Assembly: GCA_965200965.1 (NCBI GenBank)
Contig: OZ241744.1
Span: 3,296,001-3,360,000 of the forward strand
Direction: 5' to 3'
Length of the DNA: 64,000 bases
From: an uncultured Candidatus Binatia bacterium
Lineage (GTDB): Bacteria > Desulfobacterota > Binatia > Bin18
Shown here: positions 49,436 through 59,014 of the stretch, piece after piece
Position numbering within the stretch: the first letter of the stretch is position 1
Layout: each line of letters opens with the position of its first letter
Program-made: the position numbers and the translations under genes
The notes under the pieces: generated by a model
Database searches by the model: none
The model's input: the letters and a program-made list of their open reading frames with translations, nothing else
Told to the model about the DNA's origin: nothing

Positions 49436-50089
49436 TTATGACGGCTGGCGTTGACCCCAGGTGTCAAAATGGGTCACCTCGGGCGCGGGCCGACGCTTGA
49501 CCGGCCCGAACTTGCCGCTGGGAAAACCGATTGGAATGGTTGCCACCACGCCGTAGTCGTCGGGAATGCCGACCTGCTCGTGCAGCTCGTCTTCAAACAT
49601 CTGGTGCATGGTCGTCAGGCTGGCACCCAGACCCAGGGCCCGGCAGGCCAGCAGCACGTTCTGGACACACGGATAGATTGAGCCATACGACGGCGGCGCG
49701 TGCCCGACCCGCTTGTCTTTGGGCACGGCAAACGGCCAGTCGCGCTTGCCGCACACCAGCAGCAGGACGGGTGCCTCGTGCATATGCTCGGCCAGGTGCA
49801 GCGCCGAGCGGACCGTGCGCGCCCATGAAGACGTGTTCGCGGGGTCGGGTTGCATGGCGTCGCCAAAGCGGTCGAGGATGGCCCGGTGATAGCGTTCCTG
49901 AAAGAACTTTTTTCTGTCCGGGTCTTGCAGCACGACAAACGCCCAGGCCTGAAGGTTCTGGCCGCTCGGGGCCTGGGTGCCGGCTTCCAGGATTTTGCGG
50001 ATCGTTGCCAGGGGAATCGGGTCGGGTTTGAGGCGACGCATCGCCCGCATGGTGTACATGGTCTCAAAAATGCCCATTTCTTCAGCCAT
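49436..50089 (-). CDS. Nitroreductase family protein
   Basis: RAMRRLKPDPI, APSGQNLQAW and QNVLLACRALGLG. Confidence 0.9.
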   Translation of the reverse strand: MAEEMGIFETMYTMRAMRRLKPDPIPLATIRKILEAGTQAPSGQNLQAWAFVVLQDPDRKKFFQERYHRAILDRFGDAMQPDPANTSSWARTVRSALHLAEHMHEAPVLLLVCGKRDWPFAVPKDKRVGHAPPSYGSIYPCVQNVLLACRALGLGASLTTMHQMFEDELHEQVGIPDDYGVVATIPIGFPSGKFGPVKRRPAPEVTHFDTWGQRQPS

Positions 50090-50191
50090 AGTGCTCTTCT
50101 CCACGGGGTTGCGGCTGACCGGCTCCCAGGCGGAGGCTCCGGCCCGCCTTGTCATAGGGGGATATCCATCCGACGCAAGGGCGCGGGACGG

Positions 50192-51334
50192 CTATTCTCT
50201 CAGCAAATGCCGGGCAATAACGACGCGCTGAATCTGTGAGGTACCCTCGTATATCTGGAGCAGCTTGGCGTCGCGCATCAGCTTTTCAACCGGATACTCG
50301 CCCAGGTAGCCATAGCCGCCAAAGATTTGGACCGCGTTGGTGGTGATTTGCATCGTCCGGTCTGCGCCAAAGGCTTTGGCATAGCTTGACACAATTGAAG
50401 CCTGTGCCCCCTGGTCAAGCATCCAGGCCGCTTTGTAGGTCAGCAGCCGCATGGCTTCGAGCTCAATCGCCATATCGGCCAGCATGAACTGAATGGCTTG
50501 AAAATTTGCGATTGCCTGGCCAAAGGCTTCGCGTTGCCGGGCGTATTGCAGCGACTCATCGAGGGCCCGCTGGGAGATGCCGATCGAAAACGCGCCGACC
50601 TCGGGCCGGCTGTGGTCAAAGGTGCGCATGGCCAGCTTGAAGCCCGCCCCCTCTGCGCCAACTAACCCGGCGCGCGGTACACGCACCTCCTCAAACACGA
50701 GCTCGGCTGTGTCTGAGGCACGCTGGCCCATCTTGTTATGCATCCGGTTGGCGGTAATGCCGGGGGTGTCGGACGGCAACACAAAACACGAAATCCCGCC
50801 GTGTTTGTGGTCCGTGTCGTGGGTTGCAAACACCACATACCAGTCGGCAATTGTGCCGTTGGTGATGAAGTGCTTGGTGCCGTTGAGGACAAACTCGTCG
50901 CCGACCTTGCGATAGCTCGTCGTGAGGCTGGCGGCGTCAGAACCGGCCCCGGGCTCGGTCAGGGCAAAGGCGGCAAAACTCGGCTCTTCGAGCAGGCGGC
51001 CCAGATAGCGCTTTTTTTGGTCGGCCTCGCCGGCAAGCAGCAGCGGCAGGGCGGCCAGGTTGTTGGCCACCATATTGAGGGCGATGCCGGCACAGCCATA
51101 GATCATTGCTTCATCAATCAGGCAGGTGTCCATCACCCCCAGACCCAGACCGCCGTATTCGGTGGGGACTTGGGGGTTGAGAAAGCCGAGTTGCCAGGCT
51201 TTGCGGCAGATGTCGAGCGGCAGCTCCTCTTTCGTATCGTAGTGGGCGGCGACGGGGATGATTTCTTCGACCGCAAAACGATGTACGGTGTCTTTGAGCT
51301 GCCGTTGTTCCGGGCTGAGGTCAAAACTGTACAC
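50192..51334 (-). CDS. Acyl-CoA dehydrogenase
   Basis: FALTEPGAGSD, LNGTKHFITNG, KMGQRASDT, QIFGGYGY and IYEGTSQIQR. Confidence 0.95.
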   Translation of the reverse strand: MYSFDLSPEQRQLKDTVHRFAVEEIIPVAAHYDTKEELPLDICRKAWQLGFLNPQVPTEYGGLGLGVMDTCLIDEAMIYGCAGIALNMVANNLAALPLLLAGEADQKKRYLGRLLEEPSFAAFALTEPGAGSDAASLTTSYRKVGDEFVLNGTKHFITNGTIADWYVVFATHDTDHKHGGISCFVLPSDTPGITANRMHNKMGQRASDTAELVFEEVRVPRAGLVGAEGAGFKLAMRTFDHSRPEVGAFSIGISQRALDESLQYARQREAFGQAIANFQAIQFMLADMAIELEAMRLLTYKAAWMLDQGAQASIVSSYAKAFGADRTMQITTNAVQIFGGYGYLGEYPVEKLMRDAKLLQIYEGTSQIQRVVIARHLLRE

Positions 51335-51345
51335 AGGCAGGCTCC

Positions 51346-52140
51346 TTATTTGCCGTGAAAAGTGGGCGCGCGTTTTTCTAAAAAGGCCCGGATGCCTTCG
51401 TTGCCGTCGGCCGTGTGGGCCCGGGCGGCAATGGCCTGGGCTTCCAGTTCCATCTGGGTTTCCAGCGTCTCGGTCCAGCCGGTGTGCAGCAGCCGTTTGG
51501 CCGCACCAAACGCGCCGGTCGCCCCCGCGGCGAGCGAGGCAGCCAGCTCGGTGGCGCGGCTCATCAGCTCGGCGTCCGGGACGACCTGATTGACAATGCC
51601 CCACTCGCAGGCTTCCTGGGCCGACAGCATGCGGTTGGTCAGGACGAGTTCGGTGGCCCGTTTCATGCCGACCGCCCGGGACAGGAAATAGGTCGAAGAG
51701 CCGTCGGGCGTCAGACCGGCCCGGGTATAGGCCATAGTAAACTTGGATGAGGCCGCGGCCAGGACGAGATCACACGCGCAGGCCAGGCTCATCCCCGCGC
51801 CGGCCGCCACCCCGTTGACGACGCCGACCAAGGGCGGGTCCATACGCAGAAAGCGCGACACCGCGGCGTGCAGGTACAGCGCGACCTCTTTGAGGTGGCT
51901 GGCCAGTGGTGCTCCGCTGCCGTGGGTGGCAAAGCTCTTCAGGTCTCCGCCGGCGCAGAACATCCGGCCTGTGCCGGTCAGCAGTACGGCCCGAATCGCC
52001 CGGTCTTCGCTGCACCGGATGGCCGTCTGCATGAGTTCTCTGGCCATGTCGATATTGAGCGCGTTGGCATTATCGGGCCGCTTCAGCCTGATCGTGGCGA
52101 TACTGTCCTGCGCCTCAAAGCTGATGGTCGAATAGTCCAT
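51346..52140 (-). CDS. Enoyl-CoA hydratase/isomerase
   Basis: FCAGGDL, VNGVAAGAG and GLTPDG. Confidence 0.93.
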   Translation of the reverse strand: MDYSTISFEAQDSIATIRLKRPDNANALNIDMARELMQTAIRCSEDRAIRAVLLTGTGRMFCAGGDLKSFATHGSGAPLASHLKEVALYLHAAVSRFLRMDPPLVGVVNGVAAGAGMSLACACDLVLAAASSKFTMAYTRAGLTPDGSSTYFLSRAVGMKRATELVLTNRMLSAQEACEWGIVNQVVPDAELMSRATELAASLAAGATGAFGAAKRLLHTGWTETLETQMELEAQAIAARAHTADGNEGIRAFLEKRAPTFHGK

Positions 52141-52152
52141 CGGTGTCCTCCG

Positions 52153-53025
52153 CTAGGCTAAGAACTCGACAATCGCCTGCGCGATCTCGGCCGGCGAGTC
52201 TTCCTGCACAAAATGGTTGCCCCTGACCGTCACCTCTGTTTGATTCGGCCAGCTTCGGCAGAACTCGCGCTGCTGGCCGGTCAGGATGGCACCCGGGTCG
52301 GCGTTCACAAACAGCTTGGGGATATCACTGCGGGCCAGCCAGGCGGCGTAGGCATCCACAATCCGGGTCACATCGGCCGGTTCGCCGTCAATGGGAATCT
52401 GGCGCGGCCAGGTCAGGGTCGGCCGCCGGGACTCGCCGGCTTCCAGATACGGGCGTCGATACACCGCCATTTCCTCGTCGCTCAGCTTCCGCAGTACGCT
52501 GGCCGGCAGAATACGTTCCACAAAGGTGTTCTTTTGCAGCACCATTTCTTCCCCGGCCGGCGAGCGCAGGGCCTGAAAAATCTGGCGTGCTGCTTCGGGC
52601 CAGGTCGCCCAACGCAAGGGCTGGACAACGGCCTCCATGTAGGCCAGCGCCTTGACCCGCTCCGGGTGGCGGTGGGCCCAGTAAAACCCCAGGGCCGAAC
52701 CCCAGTCATGCACAACCAGGGTGACATTGCGGGTCAGCCCCAGGGCTTCAAACCAGGCGTCCAGATAGCGGGCGTGGTCCACAAACCGGTAGGAACCGGC
52801 CGGGTTCTTGCCCGAATCGCCCATGCCGATCAGGTCCGGGGCCAGACAGCGGCGGGCTTGGGCCACCCGCGGAATCACATTCCGCCACAAATAGGACGAA
52901 GTCGGGTTGCCGTGCAGGAAGACGACCGGATCACCCGAGCCGGTATCGACATAGGCCATGTCGCTGTCCAGCACCTTGGTCCGTTTGCGTTGGTAGGGGT
53001 CTTTGGCCGAGATGGCTTCGCTCAT
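52153..53025 (-). CDS. Haloalkane dehalogenase
   Basis: [39 protein letters not shown] and HFVQEDSP. Confidence 0.93.
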   Translation of the reverse strand: MSEAISAKDPYQRKRTKVLDSDMAYVDTGSGDPVVFLHGNPTSSYLWRNVIPRVAQARRCLAPDLIGMGDSGKNPAGSYRFVDHARYLDAWFEALGLTRNVTLVVHDWGSALGFYWAHRHPERVKALAYMEAVVQPLRWATWPEAARQIFQALRSPAGEEMVLQKNTFVERILPASVLRKLSDEEMAVYRRPYLEAGESRRPTLTWPRQIPIDGEPADVTRIVDAYAAWLARSDIPKLFVNADPGAILTGQQREFCRSWPNQTEVTVRGNHFVQEDSPAEIAQAIVEFLA

Positions 53026-53041
53026 GGGGCTCCTCCTTGTG

Positions 53042-54076
53042 TCAGTGGGTTGTCTTGGCAATATCGGCCATCAGATGATAGGCAGCACGCTGCTGCGAGG
53101 ACACCAGCATCGTCGTCACCCCGGCGTCTTCCCAGGCGGTGAAGCGTTGCCGGATGCGCGCCTGTGGGCCGCACAGCGACAGCTCGTCGCACAGCTCGTC
53201 CGGCACCGCTTCGGTGGCCTCGGCCTTGCGACCGGCCAGATACAGTTCCTGAATCCGGGCCGCGGCCTCACCATAGCCGTACCTGGTGACCATCTCGTTA
53301 TGAAAGTTCCTGCTGCGGGCACCCATGCCGCCGACATACAACGCCAGGGTCGGCTTGATCTCAGCCAGGCAGGCTTGGACATCATCGCCGATAATCACCG
53401 TGCAGCCGGCCGCAATATCCCAGTCCCGCCACGACTTGCCGCTGCCGGCGCGCCGAAAACCGTCTTCGATGTCTGCGGTGTAGATTCCGGTGCGCTGGGG
53501 CGAGAACCAGATCGGCAGCCAGCCGTCGGCCACCTCCGCGGTCAGCCGCACGCTGCGCGGCTGCATGGTGGCCAGATAGACCGGGAGTTGGCGGGTATGC
53601 AGGATGGATTTCAGCGGTTTACCCAGCCCGGTCGCCCCCGGCCCCTGGTAGGGCAACTGATACGCTTTGCCGTCCACGGCGACCGGCTCTTCGCGGGCCC
53701 AGATTTTGCGCAGAATCTCAACATACTCGCGCAGTCGCACCACCGGTTTGTCGTACGGCACGCCGTGCCAGCCCTCAATGACCTGCGGACCCGACAGCCC
53801 CAGGCCGACCAGGGCCCGCCCCTCGGACAGGGCGTCGAGCGTTGACATGGTCATGGCACACATGGCCGGCGTCCGCCCGGCCAGCTGCATGATGCCGGTG
53901 CCGAGTTTCAGCCGCGTCGTCTTGGCCGCCAGATAGGCCAGCGGCGTGACCGCGTCTGAGCCGTAGGCCTCGGCACTCCACACCGAGTCATAGCCGAGTC
54001 GCTCGGCCTCAAGAATATGTTCCATCGGCAGTCGGACCCGCCCGCCAGAATAGCCAATGCCAATGCCCAGTTTCAT
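53042..54076 (-). CDS. LLM-class F420-dependent oxidoreductase
   Basis: [25 protein letters not shown] and LYVGGMGA. Confidence 0.92.
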   Translation of the reverse strand: MKLGIGIGYSGGRVRLPMEHILEAERLGYDSVWSAEAYGSDAVTPLAYLAAKTTRLKLGTGIMQLAGRTPAMCAMTMSTLDALSEGRALVGLGLSGPQVIEGWHGVPYDKPVVRLREYVEILRKIWAREEPVAVDGKAYQLPYQGPGATGLGKPLKSILHTRQLPVYLATMQPRSVRLTAEVADGWLPIWFSPQRTGIYTADIEDGFRRAGSGKSWRDWDIAAGCTVIIGDDVQACLAEIKPTLALYVGGMGARSRNFHNEMVTRYGYGEAAARIQELYLAGRKAEATEAVPDELCDELSLCGPQARIRQRFTAWEDAGVTTMLVSSQQRAAYHLMADIAKTTH

Positions 54077-54223
54077 GCCAATCCCCTTTGCCTGCGTCGG
54101 TTTCTGGTCCTACCGCTACCGGTGAGGGCGGGGGGAGTCAAGCCGGGGGGCATATCCCAGCCGGAGCGGTGGGTCACAACGGTCAATTGACAGCTCGCCC
54201 CGAAATGGCCGAAGATAGGGCTT

Positions 54224-54499
54224 ATGCACGAATCAGTGAGTACCAGACAGCTTCGGTCGCGCTTGGCCGGCTACCTCAGGCAGGTCGAAAACGGACAGAC
54301 CCTGATTGTGGTCCGGCAGGGACAGCCGGTTGCCGAGCTGCGGCCCTACAGCGCAAGCGGTCAAGCCGAGCCGGAGGCCCCGGCTGGGCTGTCGCCCGCG
54401 GCGGCCGGCATGATCGGGCTGGGGCTGACCGGCTATCAGTGTCATCTGGATAGTCCGGGCGAGGAGGCAGCAGTGGAGGTTGAAGAAGAGCCGGCCTGA
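54224..54499 (+). CDS. Phd/YefM-family antitoxin (no adjacent toxin)
   Basis: VSTRQLRSRLAGYLRQVENGQTLIVVRQGQPVAELRP. Confidence 0.7.
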   Translation: MHESVSTRQLRSRLAGYLRQVENGQTLIVVRQGQPVAELRPYSASGQAEPEAPAGLSPAAAGMIGLGLTGYQCHLDSPGEEAAVEVEEEPA

Positions 54500-55137
54500 G
54501 GCTCGGCCTCCAGCCGGTGCTCCAAGGCCCACAGAATCAGCTCAGCCGTCCCCTTCTCGCCCCACTCCCCGGAGTCGAGTTGCAGATGATAGCCCTGGGG
54601 GTCGCGCCATTCGGCCTGATAGCAGTTCTGCACATAGTCGGTCCGCAGCTTGTCCATGCCGGCAATCCGCCGCTCGGCCTCTGAGCGGGTCAGCTTTTCG
54701 ACCTGCCTGGCCCGCTTGATACGCGCCTCCATGGGGGCGAACACAAACACATGCAGGGTATTTGGCCGGTCGGCCAGAATACAGTTGCCGGCCCGCCCGA
54801 CAATGATCGCCTTGCCCTCCTTGGCCACATCTTCAATCAGGCCGCGGGTCAGCCGGGCCAACTGGGTATCGCTCAGGCGCAGCGGCGGGGGAATGTTATA
54901 GGCGGTCTCAAAACCGCCCACCCCAAAAAAGCCGACCAGCCGCTCGATGAACGATCCGACCCGCTCGTCTTTGTTCTCCACATAGCCCTCAGCGACATGC
55001 TGCTGCGAGGCTATCGTTCGCACAATCTCCTTGTCCCAGACTGACCAGCCGAGCCGCTGACCAAGTTCGCGGGCAATGAGACTGCCGCCGCTTCCGTACT
55101 GGTGCGACAGGGTGAGCATCGGCGCTGTCGTCGTCAT
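54442..55137 (-). CDS. Cytidylate kinase-like family protein
   Basis: TLSHQYGSGG, IVGRAG, LHVFVFAP and YHLQLDS. Confidence 0.85.
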   Translation of the reverse strand: MTTTAPMLTLSHQYGSGGSLIARELGQRLGWSVWDKEIVRTIASQQHVAEGYVENKDERVGSFIERLVGFFGVGGFETAYNIPPPLRLSDTQLARLTRGLIEDVAKEGKAIIVGRAGNCILADRPNTLHVFVFAPMEARIKRARQVEKLTRSEAERRIAGMDKLRTDYVQNCYQAEWRDPQGYHLQLDSGEWGEKGTAELILWALEHRLEAEPQAGSSSTSTAASSPGLSR

Positions 55138-55627
55138 AGGTCTGATCCTCGTCCTGTGTTCTCCGCTGCTGCGGCTCTTCATAGCACACTGATTCCCGTC
55201 AGCAAGCAAGTATGCGCGGTGCAGGTAGAGACGTTCTGACAAGCTGTGTCAACGAAAGATGAAGGACCTGGGGCGACAGACCACAGGGGGGAGTGTGTGG
55301 ATTATTCGGGCCCGCCCCACAGGTCACGGCGGTATGCATCGCGTCGTTGCCGAGTCTGGTCCAGCCGTCAAAATCTTACGGCACACCACGGATAAAGACC
55401 GTCCCGTTCAGCGCGCTCGAGCCGCCGACCAACTTTGCCGCGCGGTACCGAGTTAGGGGAGTTCGGGGGTCAGCTTGGTCTTGAATGACCAGTTGTTGGG
55501 ATGGCCGGGGAAACTCGACGCCCTGGAGCCGCCTTGCTGGAGGACGGGTGGAAATTCGTCAATGCGCTCATCGTGGGGTCCGGCGTCAAGCAGCAGATCT
55601 CTCCCTGTCCAGCGCAAAGCCGAGCCA

Positions 55628-56515
55628 TTACCAGGCGAGCGGCCGCCGGCTGTCAACCGCGGGTCTGGCCTGCTCCTTCGTGTTGGCCGCGTTTGGAAAA
55701 AAGAGCTGCTTGCCGTCAATTGTGTAGGCGGTGATGAGTTGCTGGGCCTCCGGGCCGGTCAGCCAGTCGATAAACGCCTGGGCCTGGTCGGCTTTGACAT
55801 GGGGATGCTTGGCCGGGTTGACCCGAATCACCCCGTACTGGTTGAACAGCCGTGGGTCGCCCTCGACCAGGACCCGAAAATCGGCCTTGTTGCGAAAGCT
55901 GATCCAGGTGCCGCGATCGGTCAGGGTATAGCCCGACATGCCGACCGTGGTATTCAAGCTGGCACCCATGCCCGAGCCGGTTTCCCGATACCAGCTCCCG
56001 CTGGCCGCGGTCGGGTCCAGGCCGGCCAGTTGCCACAGGTTCTGCTCTTTTTTATGCGTGCCGCTGTCGTCGCCGCGTGACACAAACACCGCGCGGCTGG
56101 CGGCGATACGTTTCAGTGCCGCCGGCGCGTCGGTCAGCCCGCCGACTGTGGCCGGGTCGGCCGCCGGCCCGACAATCACAAAATCGTTGTACATCACCGC
56201 GTGGCGTTGTACGCCCCAACCCTCGGCAACAAACTGCTCTTCCGCGGCTTTGGCGTGGACGAAGACCACATCGGCATCACCGTTGCGGGCGTTTCTCAGG
56301 GCCTGGCCGGTACCGACCGCCACCACCCGGACCTGGATACCGCTCTGCTCCTGAAAGTGGGGCAGCAGGTGATCGAACAGACCCGAGTTCTGGGTTGAGG
56401 TGGTGGACTGGACAACGATGAACCGGTCTGCGGCCTCGGCCAGCCCACCACCGATAAGCGCCACGGCCAGACCGACCGCGCGGAGAAGATGCCTGGGACA
56501 ATACAGGTGGGCCAT
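55628..56515 (-). CDS. tupA: Tungstate ABC transporter substrate-binding protein
   Basis: STTSTQNSGL, GTGQAL, VMYNDF, SRGDDSGTH and TLTDRGTW. Confidence 0.92.
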   Translation of the reverse strand: MAHLYCPRHLLRAVGLAVALIGGGLAEAADRFIVVQSTTSTQNSGLFDHLLPHFQEQSGIQVRVVAVGTGQALRNARNGDADVVFVHAKAAEEQFVAEGWGVQRHAVMYNDFVIVGPAADPATVGGLTDAPAALKRIAASRAVFVSRGDDSGTHKKEQNLWQLAGLDPTAASGSWYRETGSGMGASLNTTVGMSGYTLTDRGTWISFRNKADFRVLVEGDPRLFNQYGVIRVNPAKHPHVKADQAQAFIDWLTGPEAQQLITAYTIDGKQLFFPNAANTKEQARPAVDSRRPLAW

Positions 56516-56546
56516 AGACGCTCCCTGCTGCGCAGCCGCCTGCCGG

Positions 56547-57272
56547 CTACAGCACCAGCCGGCCTTCAAGATAGGCCCGGGCTGGATCCGAGCGGGGCCG
56601 TCCAAAAAACTCCTCAGCCGGTGTATGCTCGGCAATCCGGCCCTGATGGACAAACACGACCTCGTCGGCGATGCGTCGGGCTTGACCGATATCATGGGTG
56701 ACAAGAACGATTTTGGCCCCCTGGCTATCCGCGGTTCGGATCAAGCTTTCTATTGCCGCAACCGTGGCCGGGTCGAGGCTCGCGGTCGGTTCATCCAGCA
56801 ACAAGACTTCCGGCTCCAGGCTGAGCGCCCGCACCAGCGCCAGCCGTTGCTGCTCACCGGCTGACAGGACCCGGGCCGGGCGGTTGGCCACGCCGGACAG
56901 ACCGGCCAGCTCAAGCAGCCGGGTCAGCCGCCCGGGGCGGTCCGGGTGTCTGCCAGGTCGCAGCCCAAGGGCAAAACGGAGATTGGCCCTGACCGAGCGG
57001 CGCAGCAGCACCGGACGTTGAAAGACCAGAGCCTGGCGGCGTCGCACGGCTGCCCCCCAGCCGGTCTGCCCCCACTCAATCAGCCCCGAGGTCGGCCGCA
57101 GCAGACCGTGCAAGAGCCGCAGCAGCAGGCTTTTGCCCGCGCCGTTGGCCCCCATAATCACCGTCCGGGGACCGGCGACCAGCGTCAACTCCACCCCCCT
57201 GATCAGCGCCGTGCCGTTCACCCCGTACACGAGCCGGCTGACCCGGAGCGGCAGCAGGTCAGGCTCAGCCAT
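56547..57272 (-). CDS. tupC: Tungstate ABC transporter ATPase
   Basis: GANGAGKS, LSAGEQQR and LLDEPTASLDP; operon context. Confidence 0.88.
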   Translation of the reverse strand: MAEPDLLPLRVSRLVYGVNGTALIRGVELTLVAGPRTVIMGANGAGKSLLLRLLHGLLRPTSGLIEWGQTGWGAAVRRRQALVFQRPVLLRRSVRANLRFALGLRPGRHPDRPGRLTRLLELAGLSGVANRPARVLSAGEQQRLALVRALSLEPEVLLLDEPTASLDPATVAAIESLIRTADSQGAKIVLVTHDIGQARRIADEVVFVHQGRIAEHTPAEEFFGRPRSDPARAYLEGRLVL

Positions 57273-57972
57273 ACGCCCACCTGTTGGCCGTGCCGCGCAG
57301 AACCGAAACGGCCAGGTTGACCGCCAGGGCCAGCGTCATCAGGATGAGTCCCAGGGCCAGGGCCAGGGCCAGGTCGCCCTTGGACGTTTCCAGGGCGATG
57401 GCGGTCGTCATCACCCGCGTCACATGCCGGATATTGCCGCCGACAATAATCACCGCCCCGACCTCGGCAATAGCCCGCCCGAAACCGGCCAGGGCAACCG
57501 TCAGCAGGCTGTAGCGGGCGTCCCACAGCAGGACCCGGATGGCCGTCAGGGCCGGAACACCCAGCGACTGGAATTGCTCGGCATACTCGTTGTGGAGGTC
57601 TTCAAGCACCTGTCGGGCCAGAGCCGCCACCAGCGGGGTGACCAGCACAGTCTGGGCGATAATCATCGCCGTGGGCGAGTACAGCAGGCGCAGCCAACCG
57701 AACGGCCCGGCGTTTGACAGCAGCAGATACACGCATAACCCCACCACCACCGGCGGCAGCCCCATCAACACGTTCAGCAGGACGACCGCCAGGCCACGAC
57801 CCGGAAAGCGTCCGACGGCCAGGCCGGCCCCGACCGGCAGCCCCAGCCCGCAGGCGATCAGGACGGCGGTCATGCTGACCCGCAGCGACAGACCGGCAAT
57901 TTCAAGCAGCATCGGGTCGGCCCTGACAATCAATCCCCAGGCCAGACCGAGCGCGTGTCCAAAATCGTGCAT
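57265..57972 (-). CDS. tupB: Tungstate ABC transporter permease
   Basis: MGLPPVVVGL and FGRAIAEVGAVIIVGGNI..TRVMTTAIALETSKG. Confidence 0.92.
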   Translation of the reverse strand: MHDFGHALGLAWGLIVRADPMLLEIAGLSLRVSMTAVLIACGLGLPVGAGLAVGRFPGRGLAVVLLNVLMGLPPVVVGLCVYLLLSNAGPFGWLRLLYSPTAMIIAQTVLVTPLVAALARQVLEDLHNEYAEQFQSLGVPALTAIRVLLWDARYSLLTVALAGFGRAIAEVGAVIIVGGNIRHVTRVMTTAIALETSKGDLALALALGLILMTLALAVNLAVSVLRGTANRWAYG

Positions 57973-58184
57973 GGGATGAAATGAGGCTGAATTATTACAA
58001 ACAACGGCCAGGCATGTCAAAAAAAGAACCGCGCCCGGGCGATCGGAGCAGGTCGGCGACCGGGCCCGGCTTGCGGGTGAAGCTGGTTGTCTGGCAGTTG
58101 TGGCGAGCCAGTGGTACAAAGGAAGCTCCGATGGTTCCTGTGCGGAGTCACATACGGAGAATACGATAGCGAGAGGAGAGGAGT

Positions 58185-58793
58185 ATGCCGACCCCATTAG
58201 AAGAGAAGATAGCTGAACTTGATACCATCATCGGCCTGGCGTCGGCCTTGATAGCAGATGCCAAGGCCCTGCTCCGAGCCGAGACAGCCGAGCCGGTACC
58301 GGCGCTCCGCCACAACGGCAACATCACGCCCCCGCCCTCCAGACCGGCCCCCCCGCCCGCGCCTGGCGTCCTGCACGACATCCGGTCGGTCCTGTTTGCC
58401 GCCCCGATGGGCGACCGCCTGCCCACGCCGGCCCACTGGCTGAAATGGGGCGGACAGCTCATCGAGACGGATGAGGTTGTCGATCAGGTGGCGACCTATC
58501 TGCGGGAGATGGGCAAGCCCCTGCCGGAATGGGACACGGTCGGTGCCCATGCATGGTCGTTGTGCGTTGGCAGTGACCCGCACGGCCTGGCCCCGTCGCT
58601 GCACGTTTCGCTGCTGATCCGTGAAGACGGCTACTGGCAGACGACCTGGAGCAGCAAAGACAAGGCCACCCGCCGGCACACCTCCCTCGGCAAGCTGAGC
58701 AACTCCCATCTGCCGAGCCTCATCACCGCCACCGGACACCGGTTGATCCACCTCGGTTGGTATGCCGGGCCGGCAGAGCAGCCGGAAGCCTGA
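58185..58793 (+). CDS. Hypothetical protein upstream of the cmr operon
   Basis: GAGGAG RBS; N-terminal helix, Pro-rich linker and a Trp/His-rich domain. Confidence 0.65.
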   Translation: MPTPLEEKIAELDTIIGLASALIADAKALLRAETAEPVPALRHNGNITPPPSRPAPPPAPGVLHDIRSVLFAAPMGDRLPTPAHWLKWGGQLIETDEVVDQVATYLREMGKPLPEWDTVGAHAWSLCVGSDPHGLAPSLHVSLLIREDGYWQTTWSSKDKATRRHTSLGKLSNSHLPSLITATGHRLIHLGWYAGPAEQPEA

Positions 58794-59014
58794 TGGTACT
58801 ATGCGGGAAGCCCGCCCCGCGGTCGTGCAACAGCCTGTACCGGCTATATGCCATACGGAGCAATCTCCGGGGTTGCACAGTAATGCAGCCCGGGCCGGGC
58901 CAACTGTGGCCGCTTCAGACACGGTATTCGCCGCAATTGCACTCAAGAATGGAAAAGTGATTCGGGAATGGGTAGAAGGAGGCACTTTGATGACGACCTG
59001 CACCGAGGAGGAGT

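Noticed and set aside
55240-55620. Riboswitch, ncRNA or small gene in the gap downstream of tupA
   Set aside because: No recognisable RNA motif; the short ORFs lack an RBS or family motifs. It may be a decayed gene.
57973-59014. CRISPR array or leader next to the cmr genes
   Set aside because: No regularly spaced direct repeats were seen here or elsewhere in the window.
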